From: Bilabrum cf. latius
Lineage: Eukaryota
Direction: 5' to 3'
DNA length: 64,000 nt
Assembly: GCA_965178125.1 (NCBI GenBank)
Contig: OZ237736.1
Span: 1,116,001-1,180,000, forward strand
Shown: positions 1-11,784 of the stretch, piece by piece
Position numbering within the stretch: position 1 is the first letter of the stretch
Layout of the letters: every line of letters starts with the position of its first letter
Made by a program: the position numbers and the translations under genes
Notes under the pieces: generated by a model
The model's input: only the letters and a program-made list of their open reading frames with translations
Told to the model about the DNA's origin: nothing
Databases searched by the model: none

Positions 1-2862
1 GACTCCGGTGGCCTGATCAGGGCAGCCAATCGCTACCCGTCCATGTCGCTCAGCATCGATGCCACTGAAGGCGATTTCGAGGATGCGTCAGAAGAAGAAG
101 AAGTAGAATCTACTTAGACTAAATCGAGTCTCCCTCAGCACGGGACAGAATCTCACCGTGGGCCGCGCAGTACCACCGCAGAAGACGGCTCGCTGTCCCA
201 CAACAAGAAGCCTTCGCTGGAGCATGAGACTGAAACGGCCAGACTGGCTGCAGTAGCCGAAGCTCTTGGACTGTCAGTCGCAGAGGCTGCGAAGCTGGTA
301 CAGACCGGCACATAGTCCGGGCAAACCGAGGCGTGCGACGAGCAGCATTCCACAGCATCTGAATCGGGCAGTGATGGATGGGAGGACGCGGAGGAGGCAG
401 CAAGCGACCAAGACAGCGCGGATGCGCATACATCTTCTGGAGTCGAGGCCGAGGTCCCAAGTGCAAACTGTGCGGTGCTGGATTCTAGCAAGGAATACTG
501 CGACGGCAAAAGGGGCGAGACTAAGCCGGTCGATAGCGATGGTGAAGAGTATGTGCTGGAAGGCGGGGGTGGATTCTTCATGGAGCCAGACGCAGGCACT
601 GTTCATGACGATGAGTCACGCCCTGTGCCGGGCTTTGACGGAAAAGTTGCTGATTCTAATGCTGGCGTTTGTGCAGAAGCAACTAAGGTCAGTATTGTGC
701 CTTTGGAAAGCAGTGATGCTTCCGAGCCACACGGTGTTGTTGCTGGAGATTCGGATGACCAGTTAGCTGTGAGCCAATTAGATGTAAGCGAGGGCGCCGA
801 TGGTGGGGCCGGCGGCTTCATTCCTGAGACGAGGTAGTAGCAGTCGGCAGGACGAGCTTCAAGCTCTATCGATTCCGATGAGGCTAACAACGAAGCTAGT
901 GCTGCATCAGGTAGTACATAGGGAGCAGCACCACCTCATCAACTGTACGGCGCTGCGCAAACTGCAGCTGCAAGCACTATCCCGATCATTGGCCAGGATG
1001 AATCCGGTTTGAGTTCATAGAAAGGTTCTGCTGTGAAGGGTGAACATAGCGCCCGGCTGTCCCATGGCGCTGGGTCCAGCTCTAGTGCGGAATAGGCTGC
1101 TCTGGACGAGGCGCTGAAGATGGCTGGCTCCATGGCTGGCTGGGCTGGCGCTGCGATGCGTCGGGCAGTCCAGGCCACTACCGGAAAAGCTGTGCAGCCG
1201 GTTCTCCCAACCGGCCAGCCGTCGAGTTCCACACCATCAAAGGTGCGAGCTGGTGCCTCAAGCGCTGCGTCGTCCCGCGACGAGCAGGCTGCTAGTGACC
1301 CGCACGCTGTTCAGCAATATAGCAATCTAGAGGCCGGTAACAGCACTGTGCAACCAACGGATTGCGCGATTGACAGGGGATCGACCGGTGTGAGTTAGGT
1401 GGCGTCAGAGGACTTTCCAGACAGCGGCTTTCACACCGAAGGCTTCTCAAGCTCAAGTCGGACTCTGGCTGACTCCGGCTCGTCCTCTCAGTAGCAACTA
1501 GACGGGGATGAGACGGGTCCAACAGCTAACGCAGACCTGGAAGAACTGGAAGAACTAGAAAAACAAGAGAAGGAGCTGCGCAAGACGCGAAGGTCTGCCG
1601 GCAAGGCAGCAGAGTCAATGCAGGACGGCATGCTGGAGGACATCGTGGAGCTGCTCAATGTGTTCGGTATCCCTTACCTTCGAGCTCCTATGGAAGCTGA
1701 GGCACAATGTGCTGAGCTGGAGAGGCTGGGCCTAGTTGAAGGCGTCATCACGGACGATTCAGATGCCTTCTTGTTTGGCGCCCGGCACGTGTACCGCAAC
1801 ATCTTCGACTAGGGCAAGTATGTCGAGGAGTATCGGATGCCCGACATTGAAGCCGACTTGGGCCTGTCTCGAGAGAGCCTACAGCGACTTGCTCTGTTCC
1901 TTGGGTCTGATTACACGGACGGTCTCAAGGGAATTGGAATCGTGACTGCATCAGAGATTATGCACGCTTTTCCTGGCGATGAGGGCCTGAAGGAGTTTGC
2001 CGATTGGGTCAAGAGCGTAAGCCCTGACGAGCTCAAGGGCAAGAAAAAGCCGTCCAAGGCAGAGCTAGAGAGCAGTGATCCCAAAACAAGGTTCAAGCTG
2101 GTGCACCAAAGCATGAAGCGGTCGCTCATCCTGCCGGATAGCTTCCCCAGCGCGCGCGTGCTGGAGGCTTACCGCAAACCTCGGGTCAATTCATCCGAGC
2201 AGAAGTTCACCTGGTAGACGCCAAACCCCAAGCATGTCGTACCCTTGTTGCAGCGCAAGATCGGGTGGGAGGAACGACGCACAGCAGAGCTGCTGGATCC
2301 TGTGGTCAAAGCGTTGAAGGAACGCCGCGTGCAGCGTAGCATAGAGGGTTACGCCGTCCTGCAGTATGACGCCTCGCAACGAGCCAGCAAGGTAGTATCT
2401 AGGCGGATGAGGGCGGCTCTGGGCGGGCTGCGGCGCAAGGAGCGGGTTGGATCAGCCAAGGGTCGCGCATCGCGTGGGGCTGCATCCAGCGGAGATGACT
2501 CTGAGGAGCTTGAGGACATCGCGCTGCCTGATCGTGAGGTAGCGGCACTCGCGAAGGCAAGAAGATAGCAGCGCCAGAGGGAGTTAAAAGCCTTGGTTGA
2601 CCTCGCCGAAGAAGCGGAAGGGACAGGGTGTGGCAGCGAGGACCAGTTACCTGTTGGTGCAAAGCGGCGGCGTGATCAGCTGCAAAGCCGCAGGAGCCCT
2701 GGTGCTCCTACTGGTCTAAGCGTGGAGTCAGAAGGCAGCGACGAGGACACAGAATCTAGCAGTGATGATGGAGAGACTGTGGAGGACCTTGTGCTCAGGA
2801 TGCAACTCACGCGGTAGCGCAGGAAGGCAAGACCGCAGCGGAAGAAACGACGTTGGTCGTGA
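1..2862 (+). CDS. ERCC5: XPG/Rad2 structure-specific endonuclease, 5' end outside window (acidic spacer, I-domain, H3TH, basic C-terminal tail)
   Basis: Frame 1 is open from base 1 to TGA 2860-2862, with only TAG interruptions (e.g. 115, 313, 835, 838, 1492, 1810, 2215, 2566, 2815). I-domain motif [19 protein letters not shown]...[29 protein letters not shown]3TH motif [18 protein letters not shown]-terminal NLS-like [12 protein letters not shown]. Confidence 0.92.
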
Positions 2863-2920
2863 ATGCATCGACAAATAAATTCAATATTTCAGATATCAAT
2901 TATATCGTGCAAATGATGAT
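2863..2920. terminator. AT-rich 58 bp spacer between convergent 3' ends, with a possible polyadenylation signal
   Basis: Sharp AT-rich stretch between two convergent TGA stops; AATAAA at 2874-2879 on the + strand. Confidence 0.3.
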
Positions 2921-5900
2921 TCAAGACTCTTGGCCGGGTCGGCTGTGCAGCCCAAGCTAGCTGGCCCCAGCTCCAGCCAGTGCTCTCGACTAATGAGTGT
3001 GGTACTCTTGCGACCCAATCTGCTGGTCGGTTTGCGCGAGTCTCACGGTTGCCGGGCTGCGGTGCGCCCTGGCCGACAGCGGCATAGTGCCGCGAGAATC
3101 CGTCTGGTGCTTGGTTGCATCTGCCATGAGTCGATCGACCGCATCCAGTTTCTGCGGCGCCTTGGAGCCTCCACCTGTCAGGGCCGCCAACGAACCCGCG
3201 GTGTGGCCGCCGGTGTCCATGGAGGCAGCTCTCGGACGGCTCACTCCAAAAAATTTACCCTTGGTGCGAAGATGCTACACGCCCCTTGAATATAGCCTGT
3301 CGCTCCAACTATCCTTTGGATGGCTCGAGGCAGTTTCAGGGGTAGGCTAGGGCGCTGTTCCAGTAGCCACGGCATCCTTCTCTCGCAATGCCGCTAGCTA
3401 TGATGCAATAGACCCTGCCGGTGTCTTAGGGGCGCTATGAGCCACGGGCCTTCCGCTCGGCCTCTGCTGCAGCCTGCCAACGGGTCCCCTGCCACTGCGG
3501 CTGCTGGACTGCGCATCAGACGGGGCAGCGCCATCTGGCTCGTGCTTGCCTGTCTTCGAAGACACGGGTGGTACAGACTATCCGAAGTCTTGACTGCCAG
3601 AGTCTGTCGTTCGCGGCCGCAGCACTGCTCGGAGAGAAGGCCTTCTCACCCGTGCTTGCTCCCGCAGCCTGGCTCCCCTTTGACTGCCTCGAGATGTGCT
3701 TTCATCTGGAGCACCCTGGCCACTGGCATTCGGCGTGCTGGATTCTGGGTTCGTCGGACCGGAACTCGAACGCGTGGTGCCCAGGAGATCCCGCCTGCCA
3801 CCAACACCAATGAGTGCTCCTCGCGGTCGGCCCGCCGGTCGCCCCGTGCTTGACGACCTGGATGCGGTCTGAAACATCGCAGTCCGGTTGCCTCCGCCTA
3901 GCCCACGCTGCGCACGTGCCCCAAAGCTGAGAGAAAATCCAGAGTCCTAGCCGGTCACTCCACCGGCGTAGGCCGCGCCTGCAAAGGACTGCGTGGAGCT
4001 ACCTGAGGCAGCTTGAGCGGCAAACGAGTCAGGTGCCGACTGCCGGCCTACCCGTGCCCTTCGCAAGACTGTGGGCGTCTGTGAAGCCCGCTCTATTGGC
4101 GTCAGATGGCCAAATCCACCGGTTCGTCTCCCCATGGCAGTCATGGCACCTCGTTGCGGCGGGCCTCGGCCACTCGCCGGCGATACTGGAACATCCACAG
4201 CGGCTGGTCGGAGGGCTCCAAGACGGCCGGCTTGGCCGCCGGAGCGTCGCGATGGTGCCGCTGCCGACAGCGCGCTAGATGCGGCTGATCTGCCGAACGA
4301 CACCCCTGACTTCTGCGGCCCGTGGCTCAGACCAGCCAGCACTGGAGTTGTCGGTGGTCGGCTGTCGCTTCTCATCGATGCGCTCGACTCGGTCCGCTTC
4401 AGCCCTCTCACCGAGAAATCCTCCCCTGGTCCTTTGGCGGCCTGGAGCGCAAATGCGGCACCGCCTGCGTGCGCTCCATTCCAGCTACCTTGGGATGAGG
4501 CCGTTGAGGGTCGCGATGCTGATCCATGCGAGTCGCCGCGATGCAGTGGAGGGACGGCCATGCGCTCCCGCGCCCGAAGCCCAATCCCAGGCGTGCCGTT
4601 GGGAGCCTTCGGCGGAGCTCCATGCGATAGCGCGTGATCCGCCGAGGCCGGTCTCATAAATAGTCCCGGCACTTGGTCTGGCTCGGGGCTTGGCGGCTGT
4701 GTCCAGGACTCCCTGGCTGCGACCCCCTCGGGCTGGTTGACGTGCCCAGCAGAACGGTGCCTCTTCACACCACCTCCTTGAGGCAACCCCGGAGAGGCCC
4801 GCTCCGTTGACATCGGAGACATTCCAAATGGAACGAATGTCGCAGACCTGCCCTCTGGGGTGATGTGCCTCTCCGCGCTGGTTGCCGAGCCGCTGCTTGC
4901 GGTGCGGACTGCCGAGATCACCCCGACCGCATCTTTCACGGAGCCATCCTTGCCAAGTTTCACCGGGCCCGCCGCCACCCCTTCATTGGGTGCAGTACTG
5001 GGTCTCGACACGGGGTCTGCATCAGCTGGCAGCGAGGGCAAGACCGGACTGGCGCCAATCCTGGCCTCCACGAGAGACGAACCTGCAGCACCTTCGTGGG
5101 CTATCGCAGGCGTTTCGGTAAGGTCCTTGCCAACTCCATGCGACTCCATGTGACTTCTGCCACTCAGGTGCAAGCTATCTCCGTGGGATTCTCGCGAGAG
5201 TCCGGCCTATCTTGAGTCTGTGGGCGCGCCCTCCATTGCACCAGCACCATGGTGCCCCCTCACTGACGACGAGAGCAAGCTGCTGCTAGCGAGGCCAGAG
5301 GGACCGGCGTCCAAGTCCACGCCAAGATCTGCCTCTTCATACAGCCTTAGATTGTGCTCCCGCTGCTGCTAGATTCTATCGGCAAAGTCCTCCGAGCTGT
5401 GGCCCGAGGGGTCCCTCCTCGCACGGAGCAGGGCAGCGTCATTCAGCTGAGACATAGCGCGTGACCTCCGCGGTCTGGCACTCTCCTGCTGCCCGTCCGA
5501 GTCACCGGTCGAGCCGACAATGACGCCTATACCCACGCTACCTTGCGACGCGTGCGTCTGGGAGTCCGCCGCTGCTCCTGCCCTCTAGGGCCGTTTCTGT
5601 TCCTCTGCCGATGCCATGCTCGAGTTCCCGTCCACGAGACCCGTTCGTGTGGCGCTGCTGTGGGGAGCAGGGAAGCCCGCCTGACTGGCTGCTTCCTCCG
5701 CTGACGGAGACAGCATCATGGAAGGCAGGGAGTTACGCCCACCGGATGACAGCCACACGTGTGAGTGAACCTGGTCGATGGTCGCCCTGTGTCTGGGCTC
5801 GACCTCAAGCATGGACCGGATGAGTGCGCGCAAGGACCGGCTCATCGGAATGCAGTCTTGCTCATCTGCACGCTCGCTTCCACTAGCAGTGCCAGACGCC

Positions 5901-7044
5901 TTCGTGCCGGAAGTAGCACCACGACGGCGGCCACGACCGTCCGCACCTGCGGGCGTCTTGGCTGGTAGCACGAGCGTCTATCCCAAGATGCGTCTCCGTA
6001 GCTCTTTCTTGTTCTTCGCTGGGAAAGGCAGCCGGCCGTACACCATCTCGAACAAAATCACGCCCATGGACCACATGTCTGTTGGGTTTGGGTCGTACTC
6101 GAATCGCCCAGTGCCCGAGCCCCTGCCCTTGCCGTCCGCCCCGGCGCCGTGGCCCCCCGCCCCCACCCCCTGATCCCCCCCCCTGTGGCGGTGCGGTCTC
6201 TATGCCTCCCCCGTATCACCCGTCCCAGCGAGCTCCCGTCGCACGTCCGCTTTCAACCTTCCGGTCTCGTCGAAGTCAGACCTAAACAGTACTTCGGGTG
6301 CCGAGTAGAGCGGCGTGCCGACAGGGGAGGAGGGTCGCCCACCAGCCGCAGTATGGCCGACGGTGTTGCTCAGCCCAAAGTCAGCTACCTTGACGTGGTC
6401 GCCGTGAGACAGAAGCACATTATCCGGCTGTGGTGATAGAAAGAAATGGTATTGTAAAGCGCATACAGTGCAAGAAATGCACAGTGGTGGCTTGGTACTG
6501 TCCAACCCAAGCTCACTTTGAGGTCTCTGTGGACAATGTGCTTCCGGTGGCAGTACCGCACCGCCTTGACAAGCTGCTAGAAGAATCGCCTTGCCCTTTT
6601 CTCTCCCATGCGACCGTGTTTCTGAAGCAGATCACCAAGGGAACCGCCGTCTGCGTACTCCATCACTACGAATACTCGCTTGCCGTGCTGGCGAACGATG
6701 ACCTCATGTAGCTAGATGATATTGGGGTGCTCCAGCGTCTGGAGGATGTAGAATTCGCGAGATGCGCGCTCAATTTCAGCGAGGTTTACAATAACCCCCC
6801 TGCTGATCATCTTGATGGCAACCTGCGGAGCAATGCAAACGGCAACTCGGGGCTCGATTGTACCTGGGCTCAATCAGTGCGCCGCATGATCGCCTCGAGC
6901 AATCCATACCTTTTTGCCAGTCTTTTTGTGAATTCCTAGCCGGACCTGCCCGAATGATCCCTCGCCCAAAGACCGTGACACCTCATAGTCTTCCAAGTCA
7001 GCAAACACTCCGCTACCGTCATCCTCAGCGCTGCTACCTGACAT
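2921..7044 (-). CDS. SNF1/AMPK-related (CAMK group) Ser/Thr kinase with long low-complexity C-terminal tail, ~1315 aa; exons 6910-7044, 6517-6822, 2921-6427
   Basis: Motifs LGEGSFGQV, VAIK, HPNII*L, RRFF*QL, HRDLK|PDN, DFG, YSAPE, DMWSMGV. GT-AG introns 6823-6909 and 6428-6516 restore the motifs. The frame continues through TAGs to TGA at 2921-2923. Confidence 0.88.
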
Positions 7045-7226
7045 TCGATCGTGATCAGGATAGGCGTTTAAAGATCAAAGTCGGCGTATCGCCAAATCAA
7101 GCACATGCTAAGTGAGCCGGCGCACACAAAGGCTACTGCGTACAGAACACACTGGCAGCGGCAGTGCGTCGTCACAGTGCAATGCATGTTCTACACATTC
7201 CATTTTTGGCCCACTTCGAACCAGGC

Positions 7227-9224
7227 ATGGCATCAAATGACCAGTCTGGTATCTCATTGTTTAGCTTTCTGGGTACGCTAGCTCCTGATTAGCTCATGCA
7301 GCTGTATTAGTGCTAGTGGAGCGCGAGAGCAGTTGTGGAATCTCTCAGCCCGTTCCAGCAACAAATTGTAATGCGAATGGTGCTGCGATACAATATCAAG
7401 ACCCCTGAAAGTTTCATTCTATCCTGGTTCCACGAGTCGATTACCCCCCAGCGACATGCCTTGGATTCGATAGAGCAGGTGAGCGACGCAACGACGGGGT
7501 AGGGGATCCAGCCACGAGAGCACATGCCTGTCATCACTTTCCCTATGGTATTCAATTGAAATGTCGTACTAATTCCGCAGCTCTCTGCCCTTCGGATTAT
7601 TGGGAGCAGAGGACCTAGCACTGCCGCAGCAGCTGCTGCAAAGCCAGAGCCGGCCTTCATACTCAGCCGAGGTGTGCGCAATGCCATCGTAGATCACATG
7701 GTGGACCTCGAAAACGCGCCATTTCCCATTTGCTCCGCACACACTGGTTCCAAAGAGCGGTTTACTAAAACGATTCCCCAGACGATCGTCGAGGACAGCG
7801 CGGCGAAGGCTTGGAGCTCGGTGCTCGCTTTCCTGCTCGGTGTGGGCGGCTTTGGAAGCGCCAAGCGCTCGAAGCGCGGGGCACACTCAGCGTCCTCCCG
7901 GTCTCCCAAACCAGATCCTGCCACCATGCTATTACTGCTGAACACCGGTCTCGTGGAGCCAACCGGCAAAGGGGCAGCAGCGGCTTCAAAAGCCCCCTCG
8001 ACCTCCCCGGCCTCCTTCACCATGGCCCACGTCCTCAAGGGGGGCTCCTACAGAGTCACCGCCGCCGGGTACAGGTTTCTGCTGCAAGATGTGGGGTCCT
8101 AGCTCTGGACGTTTCTTGTAGAGTACGTGCGCTCTGCGGCCGAGAGGGGGCTCTCCCAGAGTGCTGTTCTGTCTCTCCTTTTGCGTCTTGGATACTGCGA
8201 GCCCGGGGTATGCTACAGCGGCCGCAAGCTGTCCGAAGAGGAGAAGAAGCTCCTCCTCGATTTCTCCGGGCTTGGTCTGCTCTGCATGCCCGCGAGACAA
8301 CCGGTGAGGAAGGGATCGGGCTTTGATCCAGGCGTGTACGACCACTGGGACTTTCAGCCCTCGTCACTGGCCTCTGCAGTGGCCACACCCGCGGGCGCGG
8401 CGGCAGCCTCAAGGTCCAGAGAGCAGGCGCAGGCGGGTGCTTCGGCCACAGAAAGCATCGGGTCCAAGGTGGTAGCCTCAAGCGGCGGCAGTCGACTGAC
8501 TGACACGGGATGGGTCGGGGGCATCACCGGGGCTGGCCGCAGCGGGGGCCCGACCGAAGCACCCGGCTCCTTGGGCATCGATGCCGACCATGACGGCGGC
8601 GGGGGGACCGATAAGGGAGCAGCTGAGGCTGCTTCGGGCGCCACCAAGACTGGATCGGCTGCAGCAGGAGGCGCAGTGGCAGCGCTTGGCCTAGGAGGAT
8701 CCGACGCCGTCAGCCTCCGCGTGGTGGTCGAAAAGAACTACAAAGTGTACGCGTACACCCGACAGGAAGCGCACGCCAGGCTGATCGCGCTCTTTGCAGA
8801 GGTAGAGGCTCGGCTGCCCAACATGGTGGTGGCTCGGCTGACGAGGGCTTCGTGCCTGAAGGCCTTCGGGCTCGGCATGACGGCACCGTTGATCGCTAGC
8901 TTTCTCACCGCGAATGCGCACTCTTCCATGCTAGAGTCGTCTGGAGGATCTATCCCCGAGAACGTGGAGGACCAGTTGCACATCTGGGAGCGGGAGCAGC
9001 ACCGCGCGAGTTTCGAGCCGGCTGGGCTGCTGCAGGACTTTAGCGGGGAAGGTGAGTTCGTGGCGGTCCGGGATTTCCTGAGGACGTCTGGCTTGCTGCG
9101 GTTCTGCGACGATGCCGGGCAGCGACTGGTGCTGCCTTTGTCTGGGGTGTCAAAGTTGAAGGCATTTTTGGAGCAGTGGAGGGGCGCACAAGGAGCGGGA
9201 TCGGCTGCTGGAGGTGGGAGATGA
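7227..9224 (+). CDS. GTF2H4: TFIIH subunit p52/Tfb2, ~631 aa; exons 7227-7478 and 7581-9224
   Basis: N-terminal AVVESLSPFQQQIVMRM; VTAAGYRFLLQDVGS*LW; VVVEKNYKVYAYT; LPNMVVARLTR; IPENVEDQLHIWERE. Intron 7479-7580 (GTGAGC...TACTAAT...GCAG) contains an in-frame TGA. TGA stop. Confidence 0.9.
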
Positions 9225-9551
9225 CAAGGTGAAGGTATGATAGACTTCAACTTGAAGCGGCGGCGAACCTTCGACCTTCGTGACTTCGCCGGTACAGATT
9301 CCGGCACATCACTGCACACTTTATCTGTAGCGCCACGCTTGCTATTACTTGGTGCTATCAATGTTAGTATTGAGAGCATTTTCTTGCCTTGTAGCGGTCA
9401 AGCTTGCTGTGCTATGCGTTGACCCATTCCACTCCTGTCTACTTTCCTTTGCATGTTTTGCTCGATTTCCCCGGCGACACTGTATTTTCTGCGCCTATTG
9501 TAATGATGAAAATCTTTTATTTTGTATTATTGCAGCACTGAAAAAAAAATT

Positions 9552-11393
9552 ATGAGGTCAGCTGTAGGAGTGGCAGCTGCGCTTGTCATGACAGCGGCTT
9601 CTCCGGTTGTGAACACAACGTACGGAGCTGTCCGTGGCGAGACCATCGGTGACGTTGACATTTTCCACAGCATCCCGTTCGCCGCACCACCAGTGCACGA
9701 GCTTCGTTTTAAGGCACCCCAGCCACCAACTCCGTGGACCGGAATCAAGGACGTATCAGCAATGCCCGAAATGTGCCCGTAGCTAAAGCTTGACGGCGAC
9801 TTGTTCTTTGGAAACGAGGACTGTCTGTATCTGCATGTTTACAGGCCCAAAAACGTTGCTCCGGACGAGAAGCTTCCCGTCATGGTGTGGATCTTCGGAG
9901 GCGGCTGGTCGCTGGGCGATGCTAATGAGTTCGGGTGGTACGATGGTACAAACCTGGCTACAAAGCACAATGCCATCATTGTGAGCATGAACTACAGAGT
10001 GGGGCCCCTCGGCTTCATGGCACTGGACGAGCTCGCGCAGGAAGACAGCAGGGGCGCGCTGGGCTCCATGGGCCTGCAGGACCAGAGAGCTGCTATGCAA
10101 TGGGCGAAGGCCAACGTGGCAGCGTTCGGTGGGGACCCGGACTAGATCTCCATTTTCGGTGAGAGCGCCGGCGGCTTCTCCGTGTGCTGGCACCTGGTCT
10201 CGCCCGATTCGAAGGGTCTGTTCCGTGCAGGCATTCTCGAGTCTGGATCCTGCGACTCGCCGCAGTTCTTCCGCCAAAAGCAGGACGCGATCGACTTTGG
10301 GAAGCTGTACGCATCCTCGATCGGGTGCTCTGGGTCAGGCAGCGAGCTGTTGACGTGCCTGCGCTCCTAGAACACAGAGCATATCATGAAGAGCTTGTTG
10401 GATTTCTTCGATCCCAACTGGCCCTTCACCAACAGCAGCGAGGCAGGGGCACGCGCCCTGAACGACGCGCGCTCCACGATGCTCGATTCTGCGGCAGCTC
10501 GCGCGGCTGACCGCCTGACTAGACAGAAAACCGGTGCCCTGAGGGGCGGCAAGGAGGCCCACAATGCTGCCAGGATCCAAGAGGCGCGCGCGGCTCTTGA
10601 CGCCTCTCCTGCCGCCACCATGGCCCTGTCTAGCGCGCTGCAGTTCTTCCCTGCCTTTGCGCCCATCATGGCATGGGGTGCCCCGGTGGACGGCGTGGAT
10701 CTGACCGACCTGCCACTGGGCATGATGGAGAAGGGCCAGACGAACGACGTGCCTGCCATCTTTGGCACCAACAAGGACGAGGCCAACCTGTTCGTCCCTG
10801 CTCTGCCCATCGTGATCAAGGGCGCGCCCCTGCTGCCGACGGCAAAGTCTTTCAACGAGACCATCCGGCACGTCCTCGCGGTGTATGATGCTGCCAAGGT
10901 GGAGGCAGTGCTGCCTACAATCAACAAAGTGTACTCCTCGTCTTCGTTCCATGACGACCAGTGGGATCGTGTGAGCACCGCCTTCACGGACTACTTCTTC
11001 CTGTGCGGAATGCAGAGGAGCGCGCGGGCCTGGTCTAAGGCTGGCAACGATGCCTTCATGTACCGCTTCACGAGAAACCCGGGATGGATTGATACAGACC
11101 TGCTCGGAGACTACCACACCATTGAGCTCGACTTTGTGTGGGATAACGAGTGGCCACCAATCGTGCATCTGTTCGACGACAGCGACAAGCAATTGGCCGA
11201 GCAGATTGGCGAGTTCTGGACATCAATGGCTCGCAAAGGATAGCCGGATGGAGACTTGAACTGGCCCCTATACAACGGAACGGCGTCGTAGATCATGCAG
11301 CTGGATGCCCCCATCAGCTTGCAGCCGAGCCCCCAGCGGCCGCAATGCCAGATGTGGGACAGCGTCATCCAGCAACTGGGGCCTCCGTAGTAA
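9552..11393 (+). CDS. Type-B carboxylesterase/lipase (alpha/beta hydrolase), probably secreted, 613 aa
   Basis: Signal-peptide-like N-terminus; IPFAAPP..LRF; MCP*L; EDCLYLHVY; PVMVWIFGG; NYRVG; FGGDPD*ISIFGESAG (catalytic Ser); GTNKDE; YHTIEL. Ends ...CCG TAG TAA. Confidence 0.92.
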
Positions 11394-11784
11394 GAGGCCA
11401 GGTCGGTGCTGCCACCGGGTTCACTTGATTGTATGCCTCTCGAACGTGTCTCTCAGGGTGTCTAATGCGGCTAGCTGTGGCTCTGCCAGGTTCGCCGCAA
11501 TGCAGTCTGTGCGGCATCACGTGTGGTACAATCTACCTCTTGAGGTTTATGACATTGCATTCAATTGAGATACTTTTGTCCGCGTTTCAGCATAAATCGA
11601 AATCTATATTCGGCACAAACACACGAGCCAAGGCCTCTGGGGCCTCGGCATCACCCACGCGCCCGCAGCGGCGTCAGGGCATAGGTAAACACATCGTTAA
11701 CACATGGGGACACCAACCGGCGATCACCCCAGGGGATTGATTCCCCCGACCTTGAATGTAATAGTTTTGCTCTTTCGAGCTTCT

